A DNA stretch of 64,000 nt from a virus, in the IMG/VR virus record IMGVR_UViG_3300029505_000004, positions 460 through 64,459 of that record. One strand, 5' to 3'. The notes under the pieces are model-generated. The model worked only from the letters and a program-made list of their open reading frames with translations, did no database searches and was not told where the DNA came from. The first letter of the stretch is position 1; each line of letters begins with the position of its first letter. Made by a program: the position numbers and the translations under genes. Below are positions 9,046 through 17,952 of the stretch, in pieces.

Positions 9046-9579
9046 ATGGAATTTAAAGTCGGTGATATAGTAAAGGTAAAAGATATTCAGGATTTGATTA
9101 AAAGAGGTAAATGTGACGAAAAGACTGCACGCCATATTTCAGGTGTAGAATTTATAATTAATGCGTTTGTTGTAAAAGCAAATCAATATGAACTTAAATC
9201 CAAAACCGGTTTTACAGTATATTGTTATGAAGATGAAATCGAGAAATGCGAGGATATCGAAAATGAAAGCATAAAGAACGACCGGAAAGACGACAAGGTT
9301 ATGATGGAACTTTTGCCTTGGCCGGAACTGGAAGAAGTCGGGAAAGTATACACTGCAGGAGCAAAAAAATATGGCCCCAACAAATGGCAAAACCTTCCAG
9401 ACGGATATCAGAGATATAAAGGTGCCATGCTCCGGCACCTTACCGAACTGGAAAAGGGTAATGATATTGATCCGGAAACAGGATGCTTGCACGCGGCACA
9501 GATAGTATGGAATGCAATTGCCATGTTGCACTGTAAAATGGAAGAAATGTCTTTAAAAAATAATGTTTGCAATGGATAG
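9046..9579 (+). CDS. DUF5664-like (dATP/dGTP diphosphohydrolase N-terminal-like) domain protein
   Basis: C-terminal half LPWPELEEVGKVYTAGAKKYGPNKWQNL...YKGAMLRHLTELEKGNDIDPETGCLHAAQIVWNAIAML matches the conserved KYG..NW / RH / D.ESG..H pattern of that family. Confidence 0.65.
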   Translation: MEFKVGDIVKVKDIQDLIKRGKCDEKTARHISGVEFIINAFVVKANQYELKSKTGFTVYCYEDEIEKCEDIENESIKNDRKDDKVMMELLPWPELEEVGKVYTAGAKKYGPNKWQNLPDGYQRYKGAMLRHLTELEKGNDIDPETGCLHAAQIVWNAIAMLHCKMEEMSLKNNVCNG

Positions 9580-10042
9580 TTTGAATACGCCAGAAAGATT
9601 GCTTGATAGTTTTACACTTATAGCAATGAATGGGAGAGAAGTTAATGAAGTTGTCTACAAACATATAGCTTTAAAAGCTGTTCAAATGGCTAGACAAGAA
9701 GGATGGATTTGCCCTAAATGCGGAAAGGTTTATTCTCCCAGTGTAGATAATTGCTCAAGCTGCAATGGGGGGAAAGCAAGTCAATATGACAGGGAAAAGG
9801 CCCAAAAAAGACTACATGATTTAGGCATAAATATGGATAAGGTATGTCGTATAAGGCTTTATATACCAGATATTGATTCGGTTAAAATTGAGAATGAATA
9901 TTGGCTTTTTAAAAGCAATGGTGCTGAATTTAAACTGAATTTCTCAGATATGTCAGTCCTGCAATATGTAAAAGGCGAATACATTATAACAGATCTTTCA
10001 AAAACATTGAAAGAACTTATAAAAGGGCACTTAATATATTGA
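9563..10042 (+). CDS. hypothetical protein with zinc-ribbon motif
   Basis: CPKCGKVYSPSVDNCSSC (CxxC-x12-CxxC). 159-aa ORF. Confidence 0.5.
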   Translation: MFAMDSLNTPERLLDSFTLIAMNGREVNEVVYKHIALKAVQMARQEGWICPKCGKVYSPSVDNCSSCNGGKASQYDREKAQKRLHDLGINMDKVCRIRLYIPDIDSVKIENEYWLFKSNGAEFKLNFSDMSVLQYVKGEYIITDLSKTLKELIKGHLIY

Positions 10043-10093
10043 TTTCCCCAACTTGTCAACGCTGTAATACAATAATTCAGTTAATTTGCTGGT

Positions 10094-12601
10094 ATGGAAA
10101 ATGTAAAGATACAATTTAAAGGAATAACCCGTAACACGGACGATGGAATATGCCCGGACGGGGAATGTATGGAACTGATCAACGCAAAGGTGAACAATTC
10201 CAGTATAGAACCTATTGGAAATCCCATTCAGCTAAAACAGACGGTTCATACATACAAGGAAATATATCACCATGCGAACACTAAGAGATATATCGGGATA
10301 ACCGAGGATGGTCAAATGTACGAAATGCCGGAAGATCTTTCTTCTGAAACAATTATGACGGAAGATGTAAAGGCTAAAAGTATTCAATTCATAGGTAACA
10401 CGGTGTCGGTATTAACTGACACCGGTGTTAAATACCTTCTGTTTAAAAACGATGGATATGCTTATCTGGGTGAACTTCCTGATATGCCCGGCATGACTAT
10501 CAGGAAAAAACTTGCCGTGGTAGATGCGGATATAACAGAAGTATCAGAATTAAGCGACACAGAAGTAAGATATGGCAACTTTGTGAAGGTACTGAATAAT
10601 GCAAACAAAAAAGGATATTATTGCTATGCTGCCGCCTTTTGTGCCGCGTTTCGTCTGTTCGATGGAAGTATTGTAAAGACAACAGAAATTCAAATACCTT
10701 TCCTCGGCTACGATGATATAATGTCATATAATTATAATTCATCTGACAGCGGAAGCGTCAGTGTAGAAATGAAAGGTGGGTTGAGTGATACCCAGTTCAT
10801 TCAGGTAAATACGTCTAATGGTGCCAAAGCTGCATTGTTGTGTTTTAAGCCGGAATTTGTTTTTGACGACTATGATCTGTCGGCATGGGCAGATATCATT
10901 TTGAGCATTGATATTTTCTCTACTGACAGCCTGAGATTTAAAGTCAGTGATCTGTACGACAATATAGAATCCGCTACTACCAGAGCGTCTAATATAAGCC
11001 TGATGTATAATATTGCGGAATTGAAGATCGGAGAAACTACCATTGTACCCGACCTAGATGTATCATCCGACAACATGGCCGTACAGAAAAGCATGGTTGA
11101 CGGATTTGGGTATAATCACAAGGTTAATGCTTCAAAGTCTTATTCGTACAATAACAGGCTTCATCTTTTCGGAATAACAAAGACTTTATTTGAAGGCTAT
11201 AAAATAGTAGCGGGGGCAGAAAATTATACTTTTGATGTATACACCTATATCCACACCTCTAACGGTGATAAAATTGTTCATTCATCACAAAAGGGATCTT
11301 ACATTCCGTCATTCATAATTTATCCTGATAGCCGGGCATACAAAATTGTTGTAAACTGTGCTTCGATCAATAAAGGAAAAACTTTCCTTTTAAACAGCAG
11401 CAATTATTTCAATTTCTCTTATTATTGCAGGTCATTTCAGGACGTATTGATATCAACCAAATACCGGTGCAGGACAAGTTATTTCACCGACACCACTACT
11501 GATTATTTTGTAGATATGCAATACTTGGTACGGCCAACAGATAATATTGATTATTCCAAAGATAATATATTATTGGCTTCCAATGTAAACAATCCGTTCT
11601 ACTTCCCTGCCGATCAGACCTACCAGTTTCAGACACCTATTGTCGGGGTGCAGTCAAATGTGATAGCAATGTCTCAGGGCCAGTTCGGACAGTTCCCTTT
11701 GTATGTGTTTACAAAGGACGGAATATATGCAATGTCTGTCGGATCCGGAACACTGGCCTACTCTACCCAGACACCGGTAACAAGAGACGTATGTAACAAT
11801 CCGGATTCTATATGTGGGCTTGATACAATGGTAGCCTTTTCTACCGAAAGGGGCCTTATGGTAATAGATGGTGCTACTACCCAGCTGATATCGGAAAAGA
11901 TATACGGATTTCTGCCTTCATGTTCCATATCTTCACCGATCATTACCCGTATACTCGCTGTTGCCGGTCTGGATTCATGCCTGTCAAGCGTTGTGTTCCC
12001 GGACTATCTGGAAACGGCAAAAGTGGGATATAACTACGAAACAAAGGAAGTCGTGGTAGCAAACGGGGATTTCCCCTACTCTTATGTATATTCCCTTAAA
12101 ACCGGAGAATGGCATAAGATCTCACAACAGATAGATTCTTTTGTGAATTCCTATCCGTATACCTGGGCAATGATCGGAACGCAAATACTTGATCTGAATA
12201 ACATGCACCGGAGTGTTTCAAAGATAGCCCTTGTTACCAGACCTATTAAGATGGGAACACTTACGCATAAAAGAATACTCCAGACCGCCTTGAGAGGAAT
12301 AGTCAAGAGAAGCCTGTCAGATCTTTACATTAAGGGAGAACCGGTAATGTTCAGAGGTGAAGGAGTAGATATCTTCTCTGATGTCGGAATGTATATTCTG
12401 GCTTCCAATGATGCGGAACATTTTGAACTTGTTGCAAAGAAAGAAAAAATGATTGATATCCGGGATCTTGTCACAAAGATGAACAAGAGCAAACCATACA
12501 AGTATTTTATGATATGCCTTGTCGGTGGTGTACGAACTGACGTTTCAGTGAACTACATTGAAATGATGGTAGACGAAAGCTTTACTAACAGGCTCAGATA
12601 A
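10094..12601 (+). CDS. large hypothetical protein (835 aa), last gene of the + strand block
   Basis: Long uninterrupted ORF ending at a strong bidirectional terminator. No catalytic motif seen. The beta-rich, repeat-like composition suggests a possible virion protein. Confidence 0.7.
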   Translation: MENVKIQFKGITRNTDDGICPDGECMELINAKVNNSSIEPIGNPIQLKQTVHTYKEIYHHANTKRYIGITEDGQMYEMPEDLSSETIMTEDVKAKSIQFIGNTVSVLTDTGVKYLLFKNDGYAYLGELPDMPGMTIRKKLAVVDADITEVSELSDTEVRYGNFVKVLNNANKKGYYCYAAAFCAAFRLFDGSIVKTTEIQIPFLGYDDIMSYNYNSSDSGSVSVEMKGGLSDTQFIQVNTSNGAKAALLCFKPEFVFDDYDLSAWADIILSIDIFSTDSLRFKVSDLYDNIESATTRASNISLMYNIAELKIGETTIVPDLDVSSDNMAVQKSMVDGFGYNHKVNASKSYSYNNRLHLFGITKTLFEGYKIVAGAENYTFDVYTYIHTSNGDKIVHSSQKGSYIPSFIIYPDSRAYKIVVNCASINKGKTFLLNSSNYFNFSYYCRSFQDVLISTKYRCRTSYFTDTTTDYFVDMQYLVRPTDNIDYSKDNILLASNVNNPFYFPADQTYQFQTPIVGVQSNVIAMSQGQFGQFPLYVFTKDGIYAMSVGSGTLAYSTQTPVTRDVCNNPDSICGLDTMVAFSTERGLMVIDGATTQLISEKIYGFLPSCSISSPIITRILAVAGLDSCLSSVVFPDYLETAKVGYNYETKEVVVANGDFPYSYVYSLKTGEWHKISQQIDSFVNSYPYTWAMIGTQILDLNNMHRSVSKIALVTRPIKMGTLTHKRILQTALRGIVKRSLSDLYIKGEPVMFRGEGVDIFSDVGMYILASNDAEHFELVAKKEKMIDIRDLVTKMNKSKPYKYFMICLVGGVRTDVSVNYIEMMVDESFTNRLR

Positions 12602-12631
12602 AAAAGGGGAAGTGAAAACTTCCCTTTTTTT
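12601..12631. terminator. bidirectional rho-independent terminator between convergent gene blocks
   Basis: AAAAAG-GGGAAGT-GAAA-ACTTCCC-TTTTTTT: a 7-bp stem with a GAAA loop, an A-run upstream and a T-run downstream. Confidence 0.75.
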
Positions 12632-13058
12632 ATATCCCCATTTCTGCGGCCCTTCGCCTTACTTTGGGTGCTAATGCACAAATACTGTTTTTAAGCCGGT
12701 CCAATGCCTGATCCTTTTCTGTCGGATCTACATTATAACCGTTGTCCGAAAGCCATTTGTAGGATATGTATTCTACCATGTAATCACCCAGAAGCCGGTC
12801 AACACATTTGGTTATCTCTTCCTTCTTCGGCCTTTGGCTGGTTATTTCGATACTGTCCTCTGTGATTATAACTTCTACCAGCCTTTTCTGGGCATAGAAG
12901 TTTATCTCGTTCAGGGCTTCATCAAAATAATCTCCCAGAATATCCGATTCGTCTTTGCTTGCCTGAATGATTTTTGACAAAGGATTTTCCTGCTTTTTGG
13001 CTTCGCCGATATAGTAGGTTTTAGTGAAAACCTTGTCTATTATTTGCTGTTTGTTCAT
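12630..13058 (-). CDS. hypothetical structural protein, paralog 1 of 3 (head-tail connector/adaptor-like)
   Basis: KTYYIGEAKKQENPLSKIIQASKDESDILGDYFDEALNEI aligns by eye with the next gene. Position at the distal end of the late operon. Confidence 0.6.
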   Translation of the reverse strand: MNKQQIIDKVFTKTYYIGEAKKQENPLSKIIQASKDESDILGDYFDEALNEINFYAQKRLVEVIITEDSIEITSQRPKKEEITKCVDRLLGDYMVEYISYKWLSDNGYNVDPTEKDQALDRLKNSICALAPKVRRRAAEMGI

Positions 13059-13519
13059 GTTCTTTCAGGTTTAAGCCGTCTGGCCGAAAGCTGAATAAGT
13101 TCCGTTTCCAGACGGATCAGCATTTCTTCAAACCTTTTTGCTTCGTCTGATTTGATCACATTGAGCCAGCTTCGCAAAATAGCCGTTGACATGTAGTTTG
13201 TTATATAATCTACAAGCTGATCCTGCAGGTCCGGTGTGTTGGCGGCTGCTTTTACTGTAAATGTGATATTTCCATCTCCATCTGTGTAGCTTGTCTCTCC
13301 TAACATTCTCGACAGAAGATTACAAACAACCGATGTGGCGTCAGATACATAATCTTTCAAAATCGGATCATCATCATCTGAAGCCTGTATCTTTGCGGAT
13401 ATTTCCACCAGACGGGGATCTGATTTCGCTGATTCACCGATGTAATACGCTTGATCCTTTACTCTCAACAGGAGATCTCTTACAACCACCTGCGGTGTTA
13501 AACTTTTACTTCCTTCCAT
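13055..13519 (-). CDS. hypothetical structural protein, paralog 2 of 3
   Basis: QAYYIGESAKSDPRLVEISAKIQASDDDDPILKDYVSDATSVV is similar to paralog 1. ATGA overlap with the neighbouring gene. Confidence 0.6.
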   Translation of the reverse strand: MEGSKSLTPQVVVRDLLLRVKDQAYYIGESAKSDPRLVEISAKIQASDDDDPILKDYVSDATSVVCNLLSRMLGETSYTDGDGNITFTVKAAANTPDLQDQLVDYITNYMSTAILRSWLNVIKSDEAKRFEEMLIRLETELIQLSARRLKPERT

Positions 13520-13941
13520 TATCTCTGCGGTTTTTTACGTTCACACAATAATTTTGTTATGTTTGTAGCATTAATTACAACTTTGTCTGCATAATACTTC
13601 ACATCATCCCTGTTGGTCATGGCAAACCATCTTTGACAGATTGAGTTAGATATATAGTTGGTCAGACACTGGGTAAGTGTAGTTAGTGCCGCGTCTTTCC
13701 AGTTTACAGGAAGATCAAAGTCTATGCTTATTTCTCCCTCTCCAAAAGACAAAGTACCATACGAAGATATTACATCACTTAATTCTGCGGCAGATTCCTT
13801 CATAAGCGGCTGAACAATCTTCATTTCATCTTCCGTAAGCGAAAGCTTGTCTATATTATCCAGAGCCTTTCCGGTGTGCGCGGTGATTGCATACACATCT
13901 TCGTATATCTTACTTTCCTGAATTGTTACGTTTACTTCCAT
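13519..13941 (-). CDS. hypothetical structural protein, paralog 3 of 3 (more diverged)
   Basis: Start set at MEVNVTIQESKIYEDVYAITAH (internal ATG at 13941). Similar length and pattern to paralogs 1 and 2. Confidence 0.55.
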   Translation of the reverse strand: MEVNVTIQESKIYEDVYAITAHTGKALDNIDKLSLTEDEMKIVQPLMKESAAELSDVISSYGTLSFGEGEISIDFDLPVNWKDAALTTLTQCLTNYISNSICQRWFAMTNRDDVKYYADKVVINATNITKLLCERKKPQR

Positions 13942-14411
13942 AATTTCCTGATAAAAAAATAATATATCAGATAACCGGATCCGGCCAGAACTAAAGACCA
14001 TAAAACCCATGATATCCATACCGGATTTACTTTCTTCTCTTCTGTCTTGCTATATTCTGTTTCCGTATAGGTAGAATCCCTTATGTTAGATCCGGACTTG
14101 ATCTGTTCCTGACTGAATACTTCTGTCTCGGCCCGAGAATTTCCGGTGTAATCTGTTTCTGTCTGAACAGTAGAAACAACATGCTGTTTGCCTGTGCTGT
14201 CTGGTTCTGAAAAGAACGTCTCGGTCTTTTTGATCTTATAATTTCCAAAGACTACTTCTTTTTGAAACACATGATCATTCCTAGAGGAAATAAGAGAATC
14301 CCATTTGCTTCTCACATTCTCCAGAGAAGTGTTCAACGTTTCTTCCGATTTGTACTTTCTGGAAGCACAGGCTGTAAAAAGCAATAATACTATGAATGCA
14401 AATACTTTCAT
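13932..14411 (-). CDS. u-spanin-like lipoprotein (N-terminal lipobox plus C-terminal TM helix)
   Basis: MKVFAFIVLLLFTAC signal/lipobox. C-terminal WISWVLWSLVLAGSGYLIYYFFI followed by RKLWK. ATGA-coupled to the endolysin. Confidence 0.6.
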   Translation of the reverse strand: MKVFAFIVLLLFTACASRKYKSEETLNTSLENVRSKWDSLISSRNDHVFQKEVVFGNYKIKKTETFFSEPDSTGKQHVVSTVQTETDYTGNSRAETEVFSQEQIKSGSNIRDSTYTETEYSKTEEKKVNPVWISWVLWSLVLAGSGYLIYYFFIRKLWK

Positions 14412-14926
14412 GCTTCAAATTTAAATTTGTTGATACGGTTCATCCATCCTTTCTTGTATTTTTTGTTGGTCGGCCTTGCCTTGCAGATTTCATCAATGTA
14501 TTTAATACGGTCATTCTTGATCTGGAAGTACAAAGACATGGGATCCATTGCGTTCAATGCAGCAATAGTCTTATCACCTACAATTCCATCAACCGTTACG
14601 CCAAGTATTTTCTGTGGCCTTTTAATTCCATGAACACCGGAAGCCCACACCCAATCAACAAGTATATTGGCAACAGACTGATTTTCTATCCGGTCAGCCT
14701 GCCATCTGTCCCAGAACATTGTTTTGAGAATTTCCGTCCATTCTTCATCACTGATGTTTTTCAGATCGTCAATAGAAGGATCTGGAAGCCCTTTCCTTTT
14801 TCTGTATTCCTTGTATGTAGTAAGGGTTATTCCCCTGTTGGTTGCTCCACCCAGATCATCCGGATCGTTTACAAAACCACCTTCACATTTCAGGATAAAT
14901 GGTTTCAATTTATTCACGTTTGCCAT
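14408..14926 (-). CDS. endolysin, GH108 muramidase with PG_binding_3-like C-terminus
   Basis: FILKCEGGFVNDPDDLGGATNRGIT is the GH108 signature. C-terminal VDGIVGDKTIAAL is a peptidoglycan-binding motif. Confidence 0.85.
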   Translation of the reverse strand: MANVNKLKPFILKCEGGFVNDPDDLGGATNRGITLTTYKEYRKRKGLPDPSIDDLKNISDEEWTEILKTMFWDRWQADRIENQSVANILVDWVWASGVHGIKRPQKILGVTVDGIVGDKTIAALNAMDPMSLYFQIKNDRIKYIDEICKARPTNKKYKKGWMNRINKFKFEA

Positions 14927-15392
14927 TGTTTACCTCCTTATCTTCTTTTAAAATGCACTTGACTTCTTCATCATTTACGTCTACTGCTTTTTTCGCAAAG
15001 ACACGTGCGGCTCCAAGCATATCAATCTTGATTCCTTTAGGTTTAAGAATATTGCCTATAATGCTGCATAATTCGATAAATGAGACCAGCAAACAGGCGT
15101 ATACGTCTATATCCCAGCCTTTACCGCTTGCTACATTAATCATACAAACCGCACATACAAAAGCAAAGTATGTGGTTATTTTACCCATAGTGGCACGTAT
15201 AGCACGCGAAAAGCGAACCGTCTCACCCATAAGAAGGCTTTTCCTTACGCCGAATGCCAGATCTGCCATGATAACAACAAAACTAACAATTAACCAGGGT
15301 ATCATGTGTTGTAATGATTCCATGATAAATGCAGTTGCTACACTGGCAAAGCTTCCTTGAATTGTTCCTGAAATAATACCTTTTTCTTCCAT
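14910..15392 (-). CDS. holin-like membrane protein
   Basis: Start set at MEEKGIISG (15392). Several hydrophobic helices (FASVATAFIM, IPWLIVSFVVIMADLAF, YFAFVCAVCMINVA, ACLLVSFIELCSIIG). Sits directly upstream of, and overlaps, the endolysin. Confidence 0.65.
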   Translation of the reverse strand: MEEKGIISGTIQGSFASVATAFIMESLQHMIPWLIVSFVVIMADLAFGVRKSLLMGETVRFSRAIRATMGKITTYFAFVCAVCMINVASGKGWDIDVYACLLVSFIELCSIIGNILKPKGIKIDMLGAARVFAKKAVDVNDEEVKCILKEDKEVNNGKRE

Positions 15393-15500
15393 GTTGTCGT
15401 GTTTTTGACAAAAATAGTAATTATATGCAAAAACAAAGAAGAGGTACAAGCAATTATCTAACCGCCTGTACCTCTTTGATAAACATATTTCCCAATTCAA

Positions 15501-16049
15501 CTACATAGGGGAATTGCTGTACATTTTCCCTTTGAAGTATTTCCTTACATTAAATCCCATGTCTATGTCCTTCAGCTTTTCTACGGCTTTCCGGTAGCAT
15601 GACAAAGCCATCTTTTCATTGGGAACTTTACGGGGATCATCATAGCCCATATCCATAGCAATGCTCAGACCGTGATCACTATAACATACGTTTGCTGTAA
15701 CGTACAGGGCGTATGAATTATAGTAAGGCTTTTCTTCAATCACACCGTTAAGAGATTGAACCGCTTTTGTGAATACTTCATAGGTCCAGTGGAAACCTTT
15801 TGTCCCGTCCTGATTAACCGTCCGGTTGCTGATGTTTACAGCTTCTTTGTCCGAAAGATAATTCTTCCAGCATACTTCTTCAAGGTGTGACAGCCAGCTT
15901 TCTGCCAGATCCGGATGAACTTTTGCTACTTCTTTGAAAACCCACATTTCAGATTCTCCGAAAATCTTCATGTTGGCCGGATCCTTTGAGGAAACCATCT
16001 TGTGATAGAGTTCCTCATATCTCTGTATCATTTCGTCCGCTTTCATCAT
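15501..16049 (-). CDS. hypothetical protein
   Basis: 182-aa ORF in the - strand operon. No motif recognised. Confidence 0.6.
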   Translation of the reverse strand: MMKADEMIQRYEELYHKMVSSKDPANMKIFGESEMWVFKEVAKVHPDLAESWLSHLEEVCWKNYLSDKEAVNISNRTVNQDGTKGFHWTYEVFTKAVQSLNGVIEEKPYYNSYALYVTANVCYSDHGLSIAMDMGYDDPRKVPNEKMALSCYRKAVEKLKDIDMGFNVRKYFKGKMYSNSPM

Positions 16050-16108
16050 ATCTTTTGTTTTAAGTTATCCCCACCAAACACTGGTGGGGAGTTTTTAACA
16101 TATACTAC

Positions 16109-16522
16109 TTATGCAGGATATGTAGCGGCAATGGTCAAGGGGGTTGCCATACTTACACCGTATGCCAAGTTGCAGTTGCATTTATCTTTAATGTTGTCAG
16201 GACTGATTACTGTCTGCAATGCTGTTAGTGCAATTGTAGGCACTGCATTTTCGGCTCCGATAAACGCCACTCTAAACTGTTCGTTAAACTGTTTAGGAAT
16301 TGCCCTGCAAGAACCTTTAGGGGTGTAGAGAAAGCTTCCTGCTGCATTGATTGTTACTACCGTTTGAGTGCCGGTTGTTGTCTGGCTTAATACGGAAAAT
16401 GTTACGCCGCCAGTGGGCATAATAGAACCCGTTGCACAGTAAGGCTGGCATACGTTTCTGACAATATCAACTAAATACTGTTGTGATGTTGCCGCAATTG
16501 TGATAGGTGCTAATGTTACCAT
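16109..16522 (-). CDS. hypothetical protein (T/A/V-rich, beta-type composition)
   Basis: 137-aa ORF. Tight spacing with the upstream gene. Confidence 0.55.
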   Translation of the reverse strand: MVTLAPITIAATSQQYLVDIVRNVCQPYCATGSIMPTGGVTFSVLSQTTTGTQTVVTINAAGSFLYTPKGSCRAIPKQFNEQFRVAFIGAENAVPTIALTALQTVISPDNIKDKCNCNLAYGVSMATPLTIAATYPA

Positions 16523-16530
16523 ATATCCAA

Positions 16531-17058
16531 TTATTTTGTGTTTGGTGCAGGACTTTCAGCCGCCTGCGCTTCGGCTTTCTTTGTATCACTTGTTTTTACT
16601 ACGTAGTCTGTCGTTTGGCCTACCGGAAGGTTGTAGTTAAGCAAATTCTTCAGTTCTGTCAGATCTTCTTTGTTAAAGGTCAGTTTACCTTCCATAAGTT
16701 TCAATTCGCCTGATTCAAGGGCCTTGTCAACAATCCCGTGAGCCATAGCCGGGATAGATTCATCAGGCACACTTGAAAGGTATTTACCCAGCATTGGCTG
16801 TACAATGCTATTGGTGATAGGTTCTATCATGGGTGCCAGTTCTTGAGTAAGTGACCAGCTGGGAGAAACAATACCCATCTGTCGTACTTTATTCTCAATC
16901 ATCTGTAATGCTGGGAATGAGGACATTTTTGCTTGTGAAAGCTGCAACACAACCGGCTGCAACCATCTGTTCAGAACTGCCGCTAGTATCTGAGAGTTAG
17001 TATATTGCATAATGTTTGTCGTTTTATAGGTCGGAGCGTACCTAAACGCCCCGGCCAT
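16531..17058 (-). CDS. hypothetical protein
   Basis: 175-aa ORF, 13 nt downstream of the previous gene in the same operon. Confidence 0.6.
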   Translation of the reverse strand: MAGAFRYAPTYKTTNIMQYTNSQILAAVLNRWLQPVVLQLSQAKMSSFPALQMIENKVRQMGIVSPSWSLTQELAPMIEPITNSIVQPMLGKYLSSVPDESIPAMAHGIVDKALESGELKLMEGKLTFNKEDLTELKNLLNYNLPVGQTTDYVVKTSDTKKAEAQAAESPAPNTK

Positions 17059-17071
17059 TTAAGAATTGATT

Positions 17072-17560
17072 TTACTGGTTGCTGCAACAAGTGTCGCACA
17101 CTTTGTTCTGCGGAACAACCAACTGAGACAGAGATTGCAGCTGTGCAATTTGCTGGCCCAGACAGCTGATGTTGGCAGTAGCAGTAGCGTTGTAAGTAGC
17201 CTGCTGCAAGTTGACAGCGTTCTGTGCGTCTCTGAAGTTTTCCAGTTTTGTAGCAACCTTACCGATTTCACCCTGCAAGTAAGCAGTAGCTTCAACGATC
17301 TTCTGATCAGTGTACACCTGAGAACGCAACAGGGCATTTTCAGATTTCAAAGAATCAGCTTCGCGAGTAAGGTTCAATTCATAACGGTTTACAGCCATGT
17401 TTTCAGAACAGCCGCAGTTTCCGTTGTTCCAGCCACCGAGAAAGTTTCCACCATTAAATCCCAGGAAAGAAGCCGTACCGAGTGCTCCCAAAACCGTGTT
17501 CAGATTACCCTGTCCCTGTCCGGTGACATTGTAGTTCTTGCCGTTTACATCTAATGTCAT
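17072..17560 (-). CDS. hypothetical protein: Gly/Asn-rich N-terminus, coiled coil, C-terminal Cys cluster
   Basis: GFNGGNFLGGWNNGNCGC ... heptad-like LKSENALLRSQ / LQQATYNATATAN ... CDTCCSNQ. First gene after the divergent intergenic region shared with the LuxR-type gene. Confidence 0.6.
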   Translation of the reverse strand: MTLDVNGKNYNVTGQGQGNLNTVLGALGTASFLGFNGGNFLGGWNNGNCGCSENMAVNRYELNLTREADSLKSENALLRSQVYTDQKIVEATAYLQGEIGKVATKLENFRDAQNAVNLQQATYNATATANISCLGQQIAQLQSLSQLVVPQNKVCDTCCSNQ

Positions 17561-17638
17561 AGTGTTGTGAATTTAATTTGCCTTCTTATTGCTTCCGGCA
17601 TTGCAAACTAGGATAATTATCAGTATCTTAGCTGAGCA

Positions 17639-17646
17639 CAAAGATA
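17639..17646 (-). promoter_or_regulatory. candidate Bacteroidota-type -7 box (TATCTTTG on the - strand)
   Basis: The + strand reads CAAAGATA, which is TAnnTTTG on the - strand, about 80 nt upstream of the 17560 start. Single-motif evidence only. Confidence 0.25.
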
Positions 17647-17652
17647 TATGAC

Positions 17653-17952
17653 ATGAAACACGACGACAATGGGGTAAAAACCTCAATTTCTAAAAGAGAA
17701 ATGGAAGTGATGGAAGAACTGTCACACGGACTTACAGAAAAAGAAATAGGCGAGAAATTATTTATCTCGCCCAAAACTGTAAATAACCATCTTAGTAATA
17801 TACGCGAAAAGATAGGTGTTACTAAAAATGTAGAAGTAGTTGCCTACTATATTGCAAATTTGCGTGGTAAAAAGTTTGATTTAAAGCTGTTGCATGAATA
17901 TGGGATAAGTATATTTATTCTTCTCTTAAATGTGTGTTCTCTGAACAGATAA
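17653..17952 (+). CDS. LuxR/GerE-type HTH transcriptional regulator with hydrophobic C-terminal tail
   Basis: SKREMEVMEELSHGLTEKEIGEKLFISPKTVNNHLSNIREKIGV is a canonical GerE HTH. The C-terminus ISIFILLLNVCSL is hydrophobic. Confidence 0.8.
   Translation: MKHDDNGVKTSISKREMEVMEELSHGLTEKEIGEKLFISPKTVNNHLSNIREKIGVTKNVEVVAYYIANLRGKKFDLKLLHEYGISIFILLLNVCSLNR

Noticed and set aside
14396-15360. + strand ORFs 14396-14962, 14427-14633, 14724-14951 and 14899-15360, opposite the endolysin and holin.
   Set aside because: The - strand frames carry the GH108 signature and a coherent holin/endolysin/spanin cassette. The + strand products are S/F/L/P-rich with no motifs.
17059-17554. ORFs 17066-17554 (+) and 17059-17337 (-), overlapping 17072-17560 (-).
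   Set aside because: Only 17072-17560 fits operon spacing (13 nt to the next gene) and has protein-like domain organisation. The alternatives are repetitive S/L/V/Q strings.
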